Shown here: positions 1 through 8,992 of the stretch, in pieces | How positions within the stretch are numbered: position 1 is the first letter of the stretch | Layout of the letters: every line of letters starts with the position of its first letter | Translations under genes and position numbers: made by a program | From: Promethearchaeota archaeon | Lineage (GTDB): Archaea > Asgardarchaeota > Lokiarchaeia > Sigyniarchaeales > SOKP01 | NCBI GenBank assembly: GCA_030606485.1 | Contig: JAUWGH010000004.1 | Location: 210,001 to 242,000 of the forward strand | DNA: 32,000 nt | Reading direction: 5' to 3' | The notes under the pieces: model-generated | Databases searched by the model: none | The model's input: only the letters and a program-made list of their open reading frames with translations | What the model was told of the DNA's origin: nothing

Positions 1-430
1 ACCATAGATTTAACACATTTCTCTTATTTTCTATTCAAATAATATTTTTTCTGTATATTAAATGATAATCTTATTTTATTTCATTATTTATTCGAAATTT
101 AGATATGGGGGTGTTTAAAATTAAAATATCTTTCAAAATTTTTGTATTATAAAAGCGACCCAAAATATTCAATAAAATACATTATTTCAAAAAGAATTAC
201 TTAATGTTTTTTTTTAATTAATAGATATTTAAATAGATTTCATTTAAAAACATAATAAAAAGCAGTTCTAAGATTAAAATTTGACTTATAATAACATTTC
301 CTTCTAATGTAGAAAAAATCATACCTAATACAAAATTAAATGGAAAATAGAATGGTTTTTATTTTAAAATTAAATTATCAATATTATTAACCATTAAAAA
401 AATATAAAAACTCAAAAAAGTGATAAGAGA

Positions 431-760
431 ATGGCGAAAGATAAAATAATTGGCCTTATTATAATGGTTGTTGGTGTTCTATTAGCCATTGTTTATACTT
501 TGGGTTCTGTAGTCGATCTATACTTACAATCCAGTATTGGTGGCAATAATCCCGATGGTTTCATCATTCCGATTCCAGGTTTGATTGATTTATTCGATTG
601 GAGATTATTCGTTGTTCTACCGCTCTGGTTGATAATAATACTTGTATCTATCATTGCAATTTGGATTGGTTGGTCAATGTTAACCACACCTGCCCCCGTT
701 CCGCTTGAGGAATTAGAGGAAGAGCTAGAAGCGGAAGAAGCTGAAGCGGAAGAAGAGTAA
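431..760 (+). CDS. Small two-TM membrane protein with acidic tail (weak DPM2-like resemblance)
   Basis: 109 aa; two hydrophobic segments, then WSMLTTPAPVPLEELEEE, a pattern I recall from a conserved small archaeal membrane protein family; followed by a T-rich tract. Confidence 0.8.
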   Translation: MAKDKIIGLIIMVVGVLLAIVYTLGSVVDLYLQSSIGGNNPDGFIIPIPGLIDLFDWRLFVVLPLWLIIILVSIIAIWIGWSMLTTPAPVPLEELEEELEAEEAEAEEE

Positions 761-784
761 TAGAAACCAAAAGTATTATAAAAA

Positions 785-810
785 TTTTTCTTTTTTTCTT
801 TTTTTCTTGT
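785..810 (+). terminator. Probable oligo-U archaeal terminator
   Basis: TTTTTC-TTTTTTTC-TTTTTTTC-TTGT tract about 25 nt after the stop at 760. Confidence 0.45.
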
Positions 811-1219
811 TTATCTTTCATTTATTTCATAACCTCATGATTTCGGAAGCAATTTTTTGAGAAATCTATATGGAAAATGAGTAAAATCGGTATCTTCTGG
901 GTATCACCCAATGATAGCTTCTTTCCCCGTATTATTTCCCATGGACCTTAACTAACCGAGGTACGTTAATTCTATGTATGTGTGGAGTTATATTTCCACC
1001 CTTTATCAAGATTTTATTAGAAATAATTATATTATTCATTATTTTCAGTTCAATTTTAAAAATTCATTTTAAGTTCTATGGCAAGAAATTATGCAAATAA
1101 TAAGTTTAAAATACAATGATTTTAGTTATAAATTTATGAAGATTATAGTTGTAGATATTGGAGTATTGGGAACTTTATGGGCTCAGAACATCCAAAATCT
1201 TAAAATGTATAAAAAAATA

Positions 1220-1225
1220 GGAGGT
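1220..1225 (+). promoter_or_regulatory. Shine-Dalgarno site
   Basis: GGAGGT 10 nt upstream of ATG 1236. Confidence 0.7.
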
Positions 1226-1235
1226 ATTTGTTAAA

Positions 1236-2522
1236 ATGAATGATCTTCGAAGTAAATTGAAAATTTCTGAAGAGGCATTAAAAGCCCTAAATGATTTTCT
1301 TCTGGATAAGGATAATCTTATTATTAACGACCTTTTTAAAATTATAGACAAGTATGGTGGGGTTGAAGAGATTAACAAAAAGGCGGAAGAGGCGGGAAAG
1401 TTGGACAATTTAATTCAACAGTTAGAAAAGAAAAATCCATCATATGTAAAAAATATCGATTGGTTAATTGAGCAACGTGATAAACAAGCTTTTATTAGTA
1501 TTCGCGAGTATCGACGGAAGATTCTTGGTGATAAAGCTGAAAAGATGGACTTTGACGATACTTTTGCGGTAACTTTAGAGTTATCTGCATGTCAGTATTT
1601 TCCATTTTTAGTTGATATTATAAAACGAGCTATTGAGCATAAATTATTAGTACCTGGTCGAATAATTCGCGTTAGAAAAATGAAAGAGCAGGAAGAAGAT
1701 GGGGATCTTTTGGCTATGGCTGCTGCTATGCAAATTATTGGTGCATCATATGTAGAGACACTTGATACTAAGGGTACAGCTCCAGGTCCTGATGGACTTC
1801 CTGTAAATGTTCATCTTGGTGGTCCTGAAACCATTACCGGTTATTTCGGAGGCGTTGGTCAACCAAATGACTTTGCCTTGAAATGGGTTGATGAGTATCT
1901 CTACTATTATACAAATTATGGTATTAAACAAGTTCTCAACGTAAATCCCGGCACAGTTCTTCTTGGTTATTTTCTTTACAAACTGGGAATTAATAATGAA
2001 TTCAAAATTTCAGTCTATATGGGGAACGACAACCCTTATGCTTGTCTTTGGACCTTGATGACAGCAAAGTTATTTGCTCGAGAAGATGGTACAAGTCCAC
2101 TGATCGGTTTCAATCTTGCAAACTCCGTTAATAATGAGACAATCGAACTGTCAGCATATATTAGGAAATCATTTGGTTTTGAAGATATTGTTCGTTTAGA
2201 ACATCATATAGTTGAGACATGGAAAAGCATTGTAAGGCAGCCATATGATCGTCGGGATGAATTAATTGAACTTGCTAAAAAAGTAAAGAATGTGAGTGCT
2301 AAACATGAGGGGGGTAATATCGAAGTTGAACAGAAACGAGAGCATCCTTCGGATATTCTTGAATATTTCATGAGCAAAGAGGAGATTATGGAAGCAAATT
2401 TGTGGGAATCTATGCGAATTAACCATCTTGACCGTAATGATGCAGTAAATGCAACTGCCAGAGCTCTCACTGAGAATGGACTTACATTTCTCGCTGCAAG
2501 GAATCTTCATCAACTTAAATAA
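1236..2522 (+). CDS. Protein of unknown function (428 aa), probable enzyme
   Basis: Long ORF with strong RBS and typical codon usage; enzyme-like motifs VETLDTKGT, HLGGPETITGYFGGVGQPN, RLEHHIVE, SAKHEGG; 18 nt upstream of the next gene. Confidence 0.85.
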   Translation: MNDLRSKLKISEEALKALNDFLLDKDNLIINDLFKIIDKYGGVEEINKKAEEAGKLDNLIQQLEKKNPSYVKNIDWLIEQRDKQAFISIREYRRKILGDKAEKMDFDDTFAVTLELSACQYFPFLVDIIKRAIEHKLLVPGRIIRVRKMKEQEEDGDLLAMAAAMQIIGASYVETLDTKGTAPGPDGLPVNVHLGGPETITGYFGGVGQPNDFALKWVDEYLYYYTNYGIKQVLNVNPGTVLLGYFLYKLGINNEFKISVYMGNDNPYACLWTLMTAKLFAREDGTSPLIGFNLANSVNNETIELSAYIRKSFGFEDIVRLEHHIVETWKSIVRQPYDRRDELIELAKKVKNVSAKHEGGNIEVEQKREHPSDILEYFMSKEEIMEANLWESMRINHLDRNDAVNATARALTENGLTFLAARNLHQLK

Positions 2523-2528
2523 AATTAA

Positions 2529-2534
2529 AGGTGA
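2529..2534 (+). promoter_or_regulatory. Shine-Dalgarno site
   Basis: AGGTGA 6 nt upstream of ATG 2541. Confidence 0.7.
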
Positions 2535-2540
2535 AAATAC

Positions 2541-4043
2541 ATGAGTAAAAATAAAGGAAAATTTGATTTCCGTCCTTCGGGGGTAATTCCTGCACTAGTT
2601 ACACCATTCAATAAGGAAGATGAATCTATTAATGAAGAGAATTTACGTAATCTAGTAAGTTTTCTAATTGAACAAGGAGTAACGGGTCTCGTTCCATGTG
2701 GTACAACTGGTGAATTTGTGAATATGACTTTTAAGGAGCGTCTGAAAGTAATCGAGATTGTAGTGGATGAGGCGAATGGGAGAGTCCCGGTAATTGCAGG
2801 AACTGGAGAATCGGGAACTAAACTCGTTATTGATGCTACTAGGGCTGCTACTGATATTGGTGCAGATGCAGCTATTATAGTAACACCTTATTATCTTAAA
2901 CCTAAAGCAAAAGGTTTATATGATCACTATTTTACGATAACTGAAAAGACAGATATACCTCTCGTTCTATATAATATTCCTCCTTGCACAGGGGTTAATT
3001 TGCCTTGGACTGTGGTAGAGGATCTTGTCGATATTGATAATATTGTAGCTATTAAGGATTCAAGTGGTGATTACAAATATTTTTCTGCATTATTGGAAAA
3101 AGTAAGTGATCGAATCTCAGTCCTTATTGGATGGGATGAAAATGTCTTGGCAGCGCTGGCTGGTGGAGCTGCAGGAATGATTCTTGCCTCAGCTAATGTG
3201 ATTCCAAAGATTTGGCTCGAACTATATAATCATGTGAAAAACAACCGTCTTGAGGAAGCTCAGGTTCTTCAGAAAAAGATTCAAAAATTTACTCGGATGA
3301 TGGTAAGTTCTGGTGCTTTAGGACCTAAAGAGTGTTTGAATATGATGAATATTCCTGTTGGTGTTACTCGACAGCCGATAATAATGGGTGATACACTTTC
3401 CTATGAGCTTTGGGATGAATTTAGAATTGAATTGGAGAAGTTAGGTTTGCTAAAAAAGAAGGAAATTAAATTTGAAGTTGCCGAGAAAGAACTTACGAGT
3501 CGTTTTTATTCTGTTGATATTACTCCTCAGAAAATTTCAGACTTTAGTTTAAGGGTTGGTGAATCACTCGTAGGAAATAGAGCCGAACTTGCTCATGTAG
3601 ACCTTCTTATTGGTGATAAGAAAGGTCCTGTTGGTGAAGCATATGCTCGTTCCCTAACACATCCTGCGAAAGGACGTGAAGGTCTTCAAGTAATTCTTGA
3701 ACCTAACATGCAAGTTAAACCGGCAACAGTAATGATTCCTACAGTTAAAGTCCATTCGCTACGTCAAGCAAGTCTCGTATATGGACCTGCACAAGCAGCA
3801 GTAGGGAAAGCGGTAATGAAATGTGTGGAAGATGGTATTCTTCCTAAAGATGCTTCAGAAGATTTAGTGATTATTGCAAATGTTTTTGTGCATCCCAGTG
3901 CAAGTAGTCGCAAACGAATTTTTATTAATAACTATAAAGCAACCCGGAATGCTATTCGAAAGGCGATGGAAGGATTACCAACAGCAGATGATGGCATAAA
4001 GAATAGTGAAAATGCTCGCCACCCATTTAGAAATGATCCTTAA
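2541..4043 (+). CDS. Fusion: DapA/NAL-family class I aldolase (N-term) + formaldehyde-activating enzyme Fae (C-term)
   Basis: Aldolase motifs PALVTPF, CGTTGE, VTPYY, LYNIP and Schiff-base IKDSSG. Fae motifs [49 protein letters not shown]. Single continuous frame. Confidence 0.9.
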   Translation: MSKNKGKFDFRPSGVIPALVTPFNKEDESINEENLRNLVSFLIEQGVTGLVPCGTTGEFVNMTFKERLKVIEIVVDEANGRVPVIAGTGESGTKLVIDATRAATDIGADAAIIVTPYYLKPKAKGLYDHYFTITEKTDIPLVLYNIPPCTGVNLPWTVVEDLVDIDNIVAIKDSSGDYKYFSALLEKVSDRISVLIGWDENVLAALAGGAAGMILASANVIPKIWLELYNHVKNNRLEEAQVLQKKIQKFTRMMVSSGALGPKECLNMMNIPVGVTRQPIIMGDTLSYELWDEFRIELEKLGLLKKKEIKFEVAEKELTSRFYSVDITPQKISDFSLRVGESLVGNRAELAHVDLLIGDKKGPVGEAYARSLTHPAKGREGLQVILEPNMQVKPATVMIPTVKVHSLRQASLVYGPAQAAVGKAVMKCVEDGILPKDASEDLVIIANVFVHPSASSRKRIFINNYKATRNAIRKAMEGLPTADDGIKNSENARHPFRNDP

Positions 4044-4091
4044 AAAAATAATAGGTATTATTATAATTAAAAAGAAGAGCATTTAGATATC

Positions 4092-5528
4092 TTAATCGTG
4101 TAATATTGGCTTTCGAGCAGCAAGAGCAGCATCAAGACGTTTTACTGGAGTGTTGAAGGGGGCATTTTTGAGAAGCTCTGGATTGGTTTTTGTTTCATTG
4201 TAGATTTTATTCATCACCTCAACAAAATTATCTAATGAAATTTTCGACTCAGTCTCGGTTGGTTCAATCATCATAGCACCTTTTACTATTAACGGAAAAT
4301 AAATTGTTGGGGCATATAATCCATAATCAAGAATACGTTTTGCAATATCTTCAGTAGTTATATTATTTTCAATTCCTCGATCTGAAAGCACAAATTCATG
4401 CTGACAGATTCGATCATATGGAAGGTGGTATTTTTCTTTTAAAAGAACTCGCAAATAATTTGCATTAAGAACAGCTATTTGACCCACGCGTTTTAGACCT
4501 TCGGCACCTAAGGCGAGAATATAGGCATATGCACGCACAATAACTCCAAAATTACCCCAAAAGCATTTAATCCGACCAATAGAATTGTTGGTTTTTTCTC
4601 GACATACAAATCCCTGTTCTGTAGCGATAATGGAGGGTTCAGGGAGATATGAAACGAGTTCTTTAATAACACCCACAGGTCCAGAACCAGGACCACCTCC
4701 ACCATGTGGAGTTGAGAAAGTTTTATGGAAATTCAGATGGATGATATCAAAACCCATATCCCCTGGGCGGCAAATCCCTAACATAGGATTCAAATTAGCG
4801 CCATCATAGTAGCATAAACCCCCATATTTGTGTATGATATTCGTGATATCCTTAATTTGACGGTCAAATATACCCAAAGTATTGGGATTAGTTAACATTA
4901 TACCCGCTACATCGCCCTGCTGCATTGCGAATTCAATGTGATCAAGTGGAATTTCTCCCGCATTATTTGATCGTACTTCGATTATTGAAAAACCTGCCAT
5001 TTTTGCAGATGATGGGTTAGTTCCATGGGCGGAATCTGGTATTAATATTTTATTTTTTTTGAGATTTTTATTCTCGAAATATTTTTTCATTATTAAAATC
5101 CCAGTTAATTCTCCATGAGCTCCCGCAGCAGGTTGAAAAGTAAATCCATCCATACCGGTAATTTCTATGAGCATCTCTGAGAGTTGGTGTATTAGTTCAA
5201 GAGCGCCTTGATTACCTTCTTGAAGAGGATGTATTTGGGAAAAAGCTGGAAGTCGAGTGATCACCTCATTAATTTTAGGATTATATTTCATAGTGCATGA
5301 ACCAAGCGGATAAATTCCTGAATCTATCCCATAATTTTTCCTACTCAACTCGGTATAATGGCGTACAATTTCTACCTCTGGAATATCGGGTAAGGGAAAA
5401 TCTTCTCGTTGAAAAGATGAGGGAATTATTTCGGCTAAATCAGCTCTATCTATATCCATTTCAGGAATGAAATTATGTTGAGAGCGTTTAGTACCTTTGT
5501 TAAAAATCAAAGTCAGGTTTGAAGTCAT
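4092..5528 (-). CDS. gcvPB: Glycine dehydrogenase (decarboxylating) subunit 2
   Basis: YPLGSCTMKYNP, QPAAGAHGE, SAHGTNP, PLP-lysine motif HLNFHKTFSTPHGGGGPG, IEPTETE. Confidence 0.97.
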   Translation of the reverse strand: MTSNLTLIFNKGTKRSQHNFIPEMDIDRADLAEIIPSSFQREDFPLPDIPEVEIVRHYTELSRKNYGIDSGIYPLGSCTMKYNPKINEVITRLPAFSQIHPLQEGNQGALELIHQLSEMLIEITGMDGFTFQPAAGAHGELTGILIMKKYFENKNLKKNKILIPDSAHGTNPSSAKMAGFSIIEVRSNNAGEIPLDHIEFAMQQGDVAGIMLTNPNTLGIFDRQIKDITNIIHKYGGLCYYDGANLNPMLGICRPGDMGFDIIHLNFHKTFSTPHGGGGPGSGPVGVIKELVSYLPEPSIIATEQGFVCREKTNNSIGRIKCFWGNFGVIVRAYAYILALGAEGLKRVGQIAVLNANYLRVLLKEKYHLPYDRICQHEFVLSDRGIENNITTEDIAKRILDYGLYAPTIYFPLIVKGAMMIEPTETESKISLDNFVEVMNKIYNETKTNPELLKNAPFNTPVKRLDAALAARKPILHD

Positions 5529-5531
5529 TGT

Positions 5532-6872
5532 TTAATTCCCTCCTATGTTTTTATTAGAAGCTTTTTGAGCTGCATGAATGAATTTTTCTATATCCTCCCG
5601 AGAATTACTCTCAGTAACACATACAAGTACAATATCTTTCATATCAGGAAAATATTTCGATATAATTAGAGGTGGAAGCAGATTTTCCTGTTTGCATTGT
5701 TCAATTAGTTTATTAACATTTGGACATTTAACCAAAAATTCATTATATGTTGGTTTCTTATTTAATATTTGATAACCTGGGATGGTTGCTAATTTTTGCT
5801 TAACATAATGAGATTTTTGAAAATTTTGAAGAGCAATCTCTTGAAGCCCTGTTTTTCCCAATGAAACGAGATAAATTAACGAGGCTAAAGCACACAGTGC
5901 TTGGTTCGTACAAATATTTGAAGTGGCTTTCTCACGACGTATATGTTGTTCGCGGGTTTGTAAAGTTAGGATAAATCCCTCTCGCTCTCCATCAATTTCG
6001 TTAGTTTTACCAATCAACCGACCTGGCATTTTACGCAAATATTTTTGCTTAGATGCAAAAATTCCTAATCCTGGACCCCCAAATGATGGTGAAATACCAA
6101 AAGATTGTCCTTCAGCAACAAAAATATCAATATCGGATTTTCCTGGAGGTTTTAACACGCCTAGGCAAGTAGGATCGGTCATTACTTGAACAACTAAACA
6201 TTTGGGAGCTTTATCTCTAATTTTTTGAACTAATTCTGATACATTTTCGATGTCTCCAAAAAAATTAGGACTCTGAAATAAAACAGCTGCAACACTATCA
6301 TCCAATTTTGAGATGAGTGTATCCTCCATAACAATTTCAAAATGGATGTCTTGCCCCCAGCAATAGGTCTTAACAACTTCTACATATTCCGGATGAATTC
6401 CTTCAAGTAAAATAAGTTTTTTTTTCTGCGTGGCTATAGTTGCCATAATTGCAGCTTCAGCAAGAGCAGTGGACCCATCATACACACTCGCATTGGCAAC
6501 ATCCATCTGGGTAAGCCGCGTAATTGCTGTTTGATACTCATAAATGGCTTGTAAATACCCTTGACTGGCTTCTGCTTGGTAGGGAGTATAGGCAGTATAA
6601 AATCCCGAAAGGCTAATTACAAAATCCACCAATGAAGGAATATAATGGTAATAACAACCAGCTCCTAGAAAAGAACTTGAATAAATTTTATTTTTATTTG
6701 AAAGTTCTTCTAATCGCCGTAAAAGATCTGGTTCAGACAAACCATGAGGTATGTTTAATTTTTCTAACAGCAAATCTGCTGGAATGTCTTGAAATAACTC
6801 CTCTAAGGAATTAACACCGATGGAAGTTAACATCTCGGCAATTGTTTCTTTATCATGAAGTATAAAATCCAT
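5532..6872 (-). CDS. gcvPA: Glycine dehydrogenase (decarboxylating) subunit 1
   Basis: FLGAGCY, YTAYTPYQAEASQG, NASVYDGSTA, LQTREQHIRREKATSNICTNQAL. Confidence 0.97.
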   Translation of the reverse strand: MDFILHDKETIAEMLTSIGVNSLEELFQDIPADLLLEKLNIPHGLSEPDLLRRLEELSNKNKIYSSSFLGAGCYYHYIPSLVDFVISLSGFYTAYTPYQAEASQGYLQAIYEYQTAITRLTQMDVANASVYDGSTALAEAAIMATIATQKKKLILLEGIHPEYVEVVKTYCWGQDIHFEIVMEDTLISKLDDSVAAVLFQSPNFFGDIENVSELVQKIRDKAPKCLVVQVMTDPTCLGVLKPPGKSDIDIFVAEGQSFGISPSFGGPGLGIFASKQKYLRKMPGRLIGKTNEIDGEREGFILTLQTREQHIRREKATSNICTNQALCALASLIYLVSLGKTGLQEIALQNFQKSHYVKQKLATIPGYQILNKKPTYNEFLVKCPNVNKLIEQCKQENLLPPLIISKYFPDMKDIVLVCVTESNSREDIEKFIHAAQKASNKNIGGN

Positions 6873-6932
6873 TCTATCTATCTCATTTAGATGGTAATAG
6901 TTGGATTAATCTATTAAATTAAAAAAAAACTA

Positions 6933-7328
6933 TTAATCTTCCTCTTTTTGGATCATTTCTTGATATTTTTCAACCGAGAGAAGATTTTTAATTTCATCTG
7001 GGTTAGATACTTTAATTTTCATTATCCAACCCTCCCCGTAAGGCGAAGAATTCAGAAATGCTGGATTATCAGCGATGTTTCCATTAGTTTCAACAATTTC
7101 TCCCGTTAAAGGCATGAAAAGTTCGCTAACAGCTTTGACTGATTCAATTTCGCATGCTGCATTTCCTTTTTCTAATACTGCTCCTATTACAGGGAGTTCA
7201 ACATATACAATATCGCCAAGTTTATGTTGTGCGTAGTCAGAGATTCCAACAGTTGCCATATCTCCATCCATTCTAACCCACTCGTGAGTTGGTGCATATT
7301 TTAAATCTGCAGGAAATTTTAGATCCAT
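6933..7328 (-). CDS. gcvH: Glycine cleavage H protein
   Basis: THEWVR, GISDYAQHKLGDIVYVELP, lipoyl-Lys motif ESVKAVSEL, NSSPYGEGWI. Confidence 0.97.
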   Translation of the reverse strand: MDLKFPADLKYAPTHEWVRMDGDMATVGISDYAQHKLGDIVYVELPVIGAVLEKGNAACEIESVKAVSELFMPLTGEIVETNGNIADNPAFLNSSPYGEGWIMKIKVSNPDEIKNLLSVEKYQEMIQKEED

Positions 7329-7366
7329 CCTTATTCACATTAATCTTGATTTTTATTCAAATTTTA

Positions 7367-8473
7367 CTATATATTACGATAAAATGGTGTGGGAACTACT
7401 TTGGCTTTAAGAAGTTTATTCCGAATTTCAATGTCAAATTCCGTCCCGATGGAGCTATATTGTGTTTCAACGAGAGCTAAGCCAATTGTGTTTTTAAGCG
7501 TTGGTGAGAATCCCCCAGAAGTTACATATCCAATTTCTACCCCGTTCTTAAATAATTTGTAGTTTTCTCTAATGATTCCCCTATTCAAGAGATTTAATCC
7601 AACAAGAATTCGTGATGTCCCCTCTTTTTTTTGGCGAATAAGAACTTCCTTACCTATAAAATCAATTCCTTCTTTTGGTTTTACAAGCCAGTTAAGCCCT
7701 GCTTCAATCGGGGTTATTGAATTAGTAAGTTCATGACCATACAAGCAGTAACAAGCTTCTAAACGTAAAGAATCCCGCGCCCCTAAACCTGCAGCACCAG
7801 CTCCTGTTTTCATAAAAGCATTCCAAATTGTTACAGCGTATTTATTTTCAAAAGAAATTTCAAAACCTCTCTCACCAGTGTAACCAGTTCGGGCTATGAA
7901 TGCAGGAACATCACACAAATTACAAAAAACAAAATAAAACCGATTCAAAGTAGATAAATCTGTATCAACGAGTGGCGCAATTAAGTCATCAGATTTCGGC
8001 CCTTGAAATGCTAATCGACATCTTTCTTTCGAGACATCCCTAACTTTTACTCGAAAGTTTCCAATTTGCTTATTAATCCATTGAAAATCTTTCTCTACAT
8101 TACTTGCGTTGACAATCATCCGAAATCGTTCCGGACTCTCCTCATAGTAAACTAAATCGTCTACTACAGTCCCATTTTCATAACACATGCAAGAATATTG
8201 TCCTTTTGACTTTTCTAATAATTTTAAATCATTCACCATCAAATATTGAAGGAATGGTATCACATCTGGACCTTCAAAAATAAATTCTCCCATATGAGAA
8301 ATATCGAACACACCTGCAAGCGTTCGAATGGTTTCATGTTCCTTTAAAATGCTTTCATATTGGACTGGCATCAACCATCCAGCAAAATTCACCATTCGCG
8401 CCCCCAATTTTACATGAGTCTCATATAAAGGGGTTTTTGTTCCATTTAGGTCTTCTTTAGTTATAAATTCCAC
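7367..8473 (-). CDS. gcvT: Aminomethyltransferase (glycine cleavage T protein)
   Basis: KTPLY, FAGWLMPVQY, FDISHMGE, VDDL, RTGYTGE, LGARDSLRLEA, GYVTSG, PTPFY; GTG start. Confidence 0.96.
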   Translation of the reverse strand: MEFITKEDLNGTKTPLYETHVKLGARMVNFAGWLMPVQYESILKEHETIRTLAGVFDISHMGEFIFEGPDVIPFLQYLMVNDLKLLEKSKGQYSCMCYENGTVVDDLVYYEESPERFRMIVNASNVEKDFQWINKQIGNFRVKVRDVSKERCRLAFQGPKSDDLIAPLVDTDLSTLNRFYFVFCNLCDVPAFIARTGYTGERGFEISFENKYAVTIWNAFMKTGAGAAGLGARDSLRLEACYCLYGHELTNSITPIEAGLNWLVKPKEGIDFIGKEVLIRQKKEGTSRILVGLNLLNRGIIRENYKLFKNGVEIGYVTSGGFSPTLKNTIGLALVETQYSSIGTEFDIEIRNKLLKAKVVPTPFYRNI

Positions 8474-8722
8474 ACCTATTAACGTGTAATATTAATACTG
8501 GGTAATAGAATAGTTAGAATTATTTAAATTTTTAGGCAAAATACGAGGGTTATTTTCTTGCACTCTAAATAACTTAATTATACTCTTGGAACATTACTCT
8601 TGAAGTTTTATTATAATTAGATATTGATTAATTTTATTATAATTTTAAATTAAATGGTAAATTTAATTATTCAAATTATTTTCATATAATTTATTGATAA
8701 AATGGAAATGGTGTATTAAAAG

Positions 8723-8920
8723 ATGTCATTTTTAATAGATATTGATATGGATAAATGTGATGGATGTGGCACATGTTATGAGGTCTGCCCTTCTGGAAAT
8801 TTTAGTGAACCAGAAGGAGGGAAGGTCAAAGTGCTTGAAGACATGCGTGATGAGTGTGTGGGCTGTAGGGCGTGTGAGACGCAGTGCCCTAATGAAGCGA
8901 TTGTTATAACAGAAGAGTAA
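8723..8920 (+). CDS. 2[4Fe-4S] ferredoxin
   Basis: Two CxxCxxCxxxCP motifs: CDGCGTCYEVCP and CVGCRACETQCP. Confidence 0.95.
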   Translation: MSFLIDIDMDKCDGCGTCYEVCPSGNFSEPEGGKVKVLEDMRDECVGCRACETQCPNEAIVITEE

Positions 8921-8992
8921 GTTATATTACTGAAGGTAATTTTAATTTACAATTTTTATTTATTTTTTTTATTGATATTTTCTTTTTCATTT

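Noticed and set aside
1-430. Long AT-rich ORF-free stretch, considered as origin, repeat or CRISPR leader
   Set aside because: No ORB-like boxes, direct repeats or spacers recognised; consistent with ordinary intergenic DNA.
899-942. Minus-strand MGNNTGKEAIIG-TGA-YPEDT..., considered as a possible selenoprotein read-through
   Set aside because: It would give only about 35 aa, with no redox motif around the TGA and no convincing SECIS.
2541-3460. Plain dapA (lysine biosynthesis) annotation
   Set aside because: The ASA-binding Arg is replaced by Cys, the domain is fused to Fae and no other dap genes are nearby.
7860-7895. GcvT motif reads TGERGFE instead of the usual TGEDGFE
   Set aside because: This position varies across GcvT-like folate-binding domains; it is too weak alone to infer altered cofactor use.
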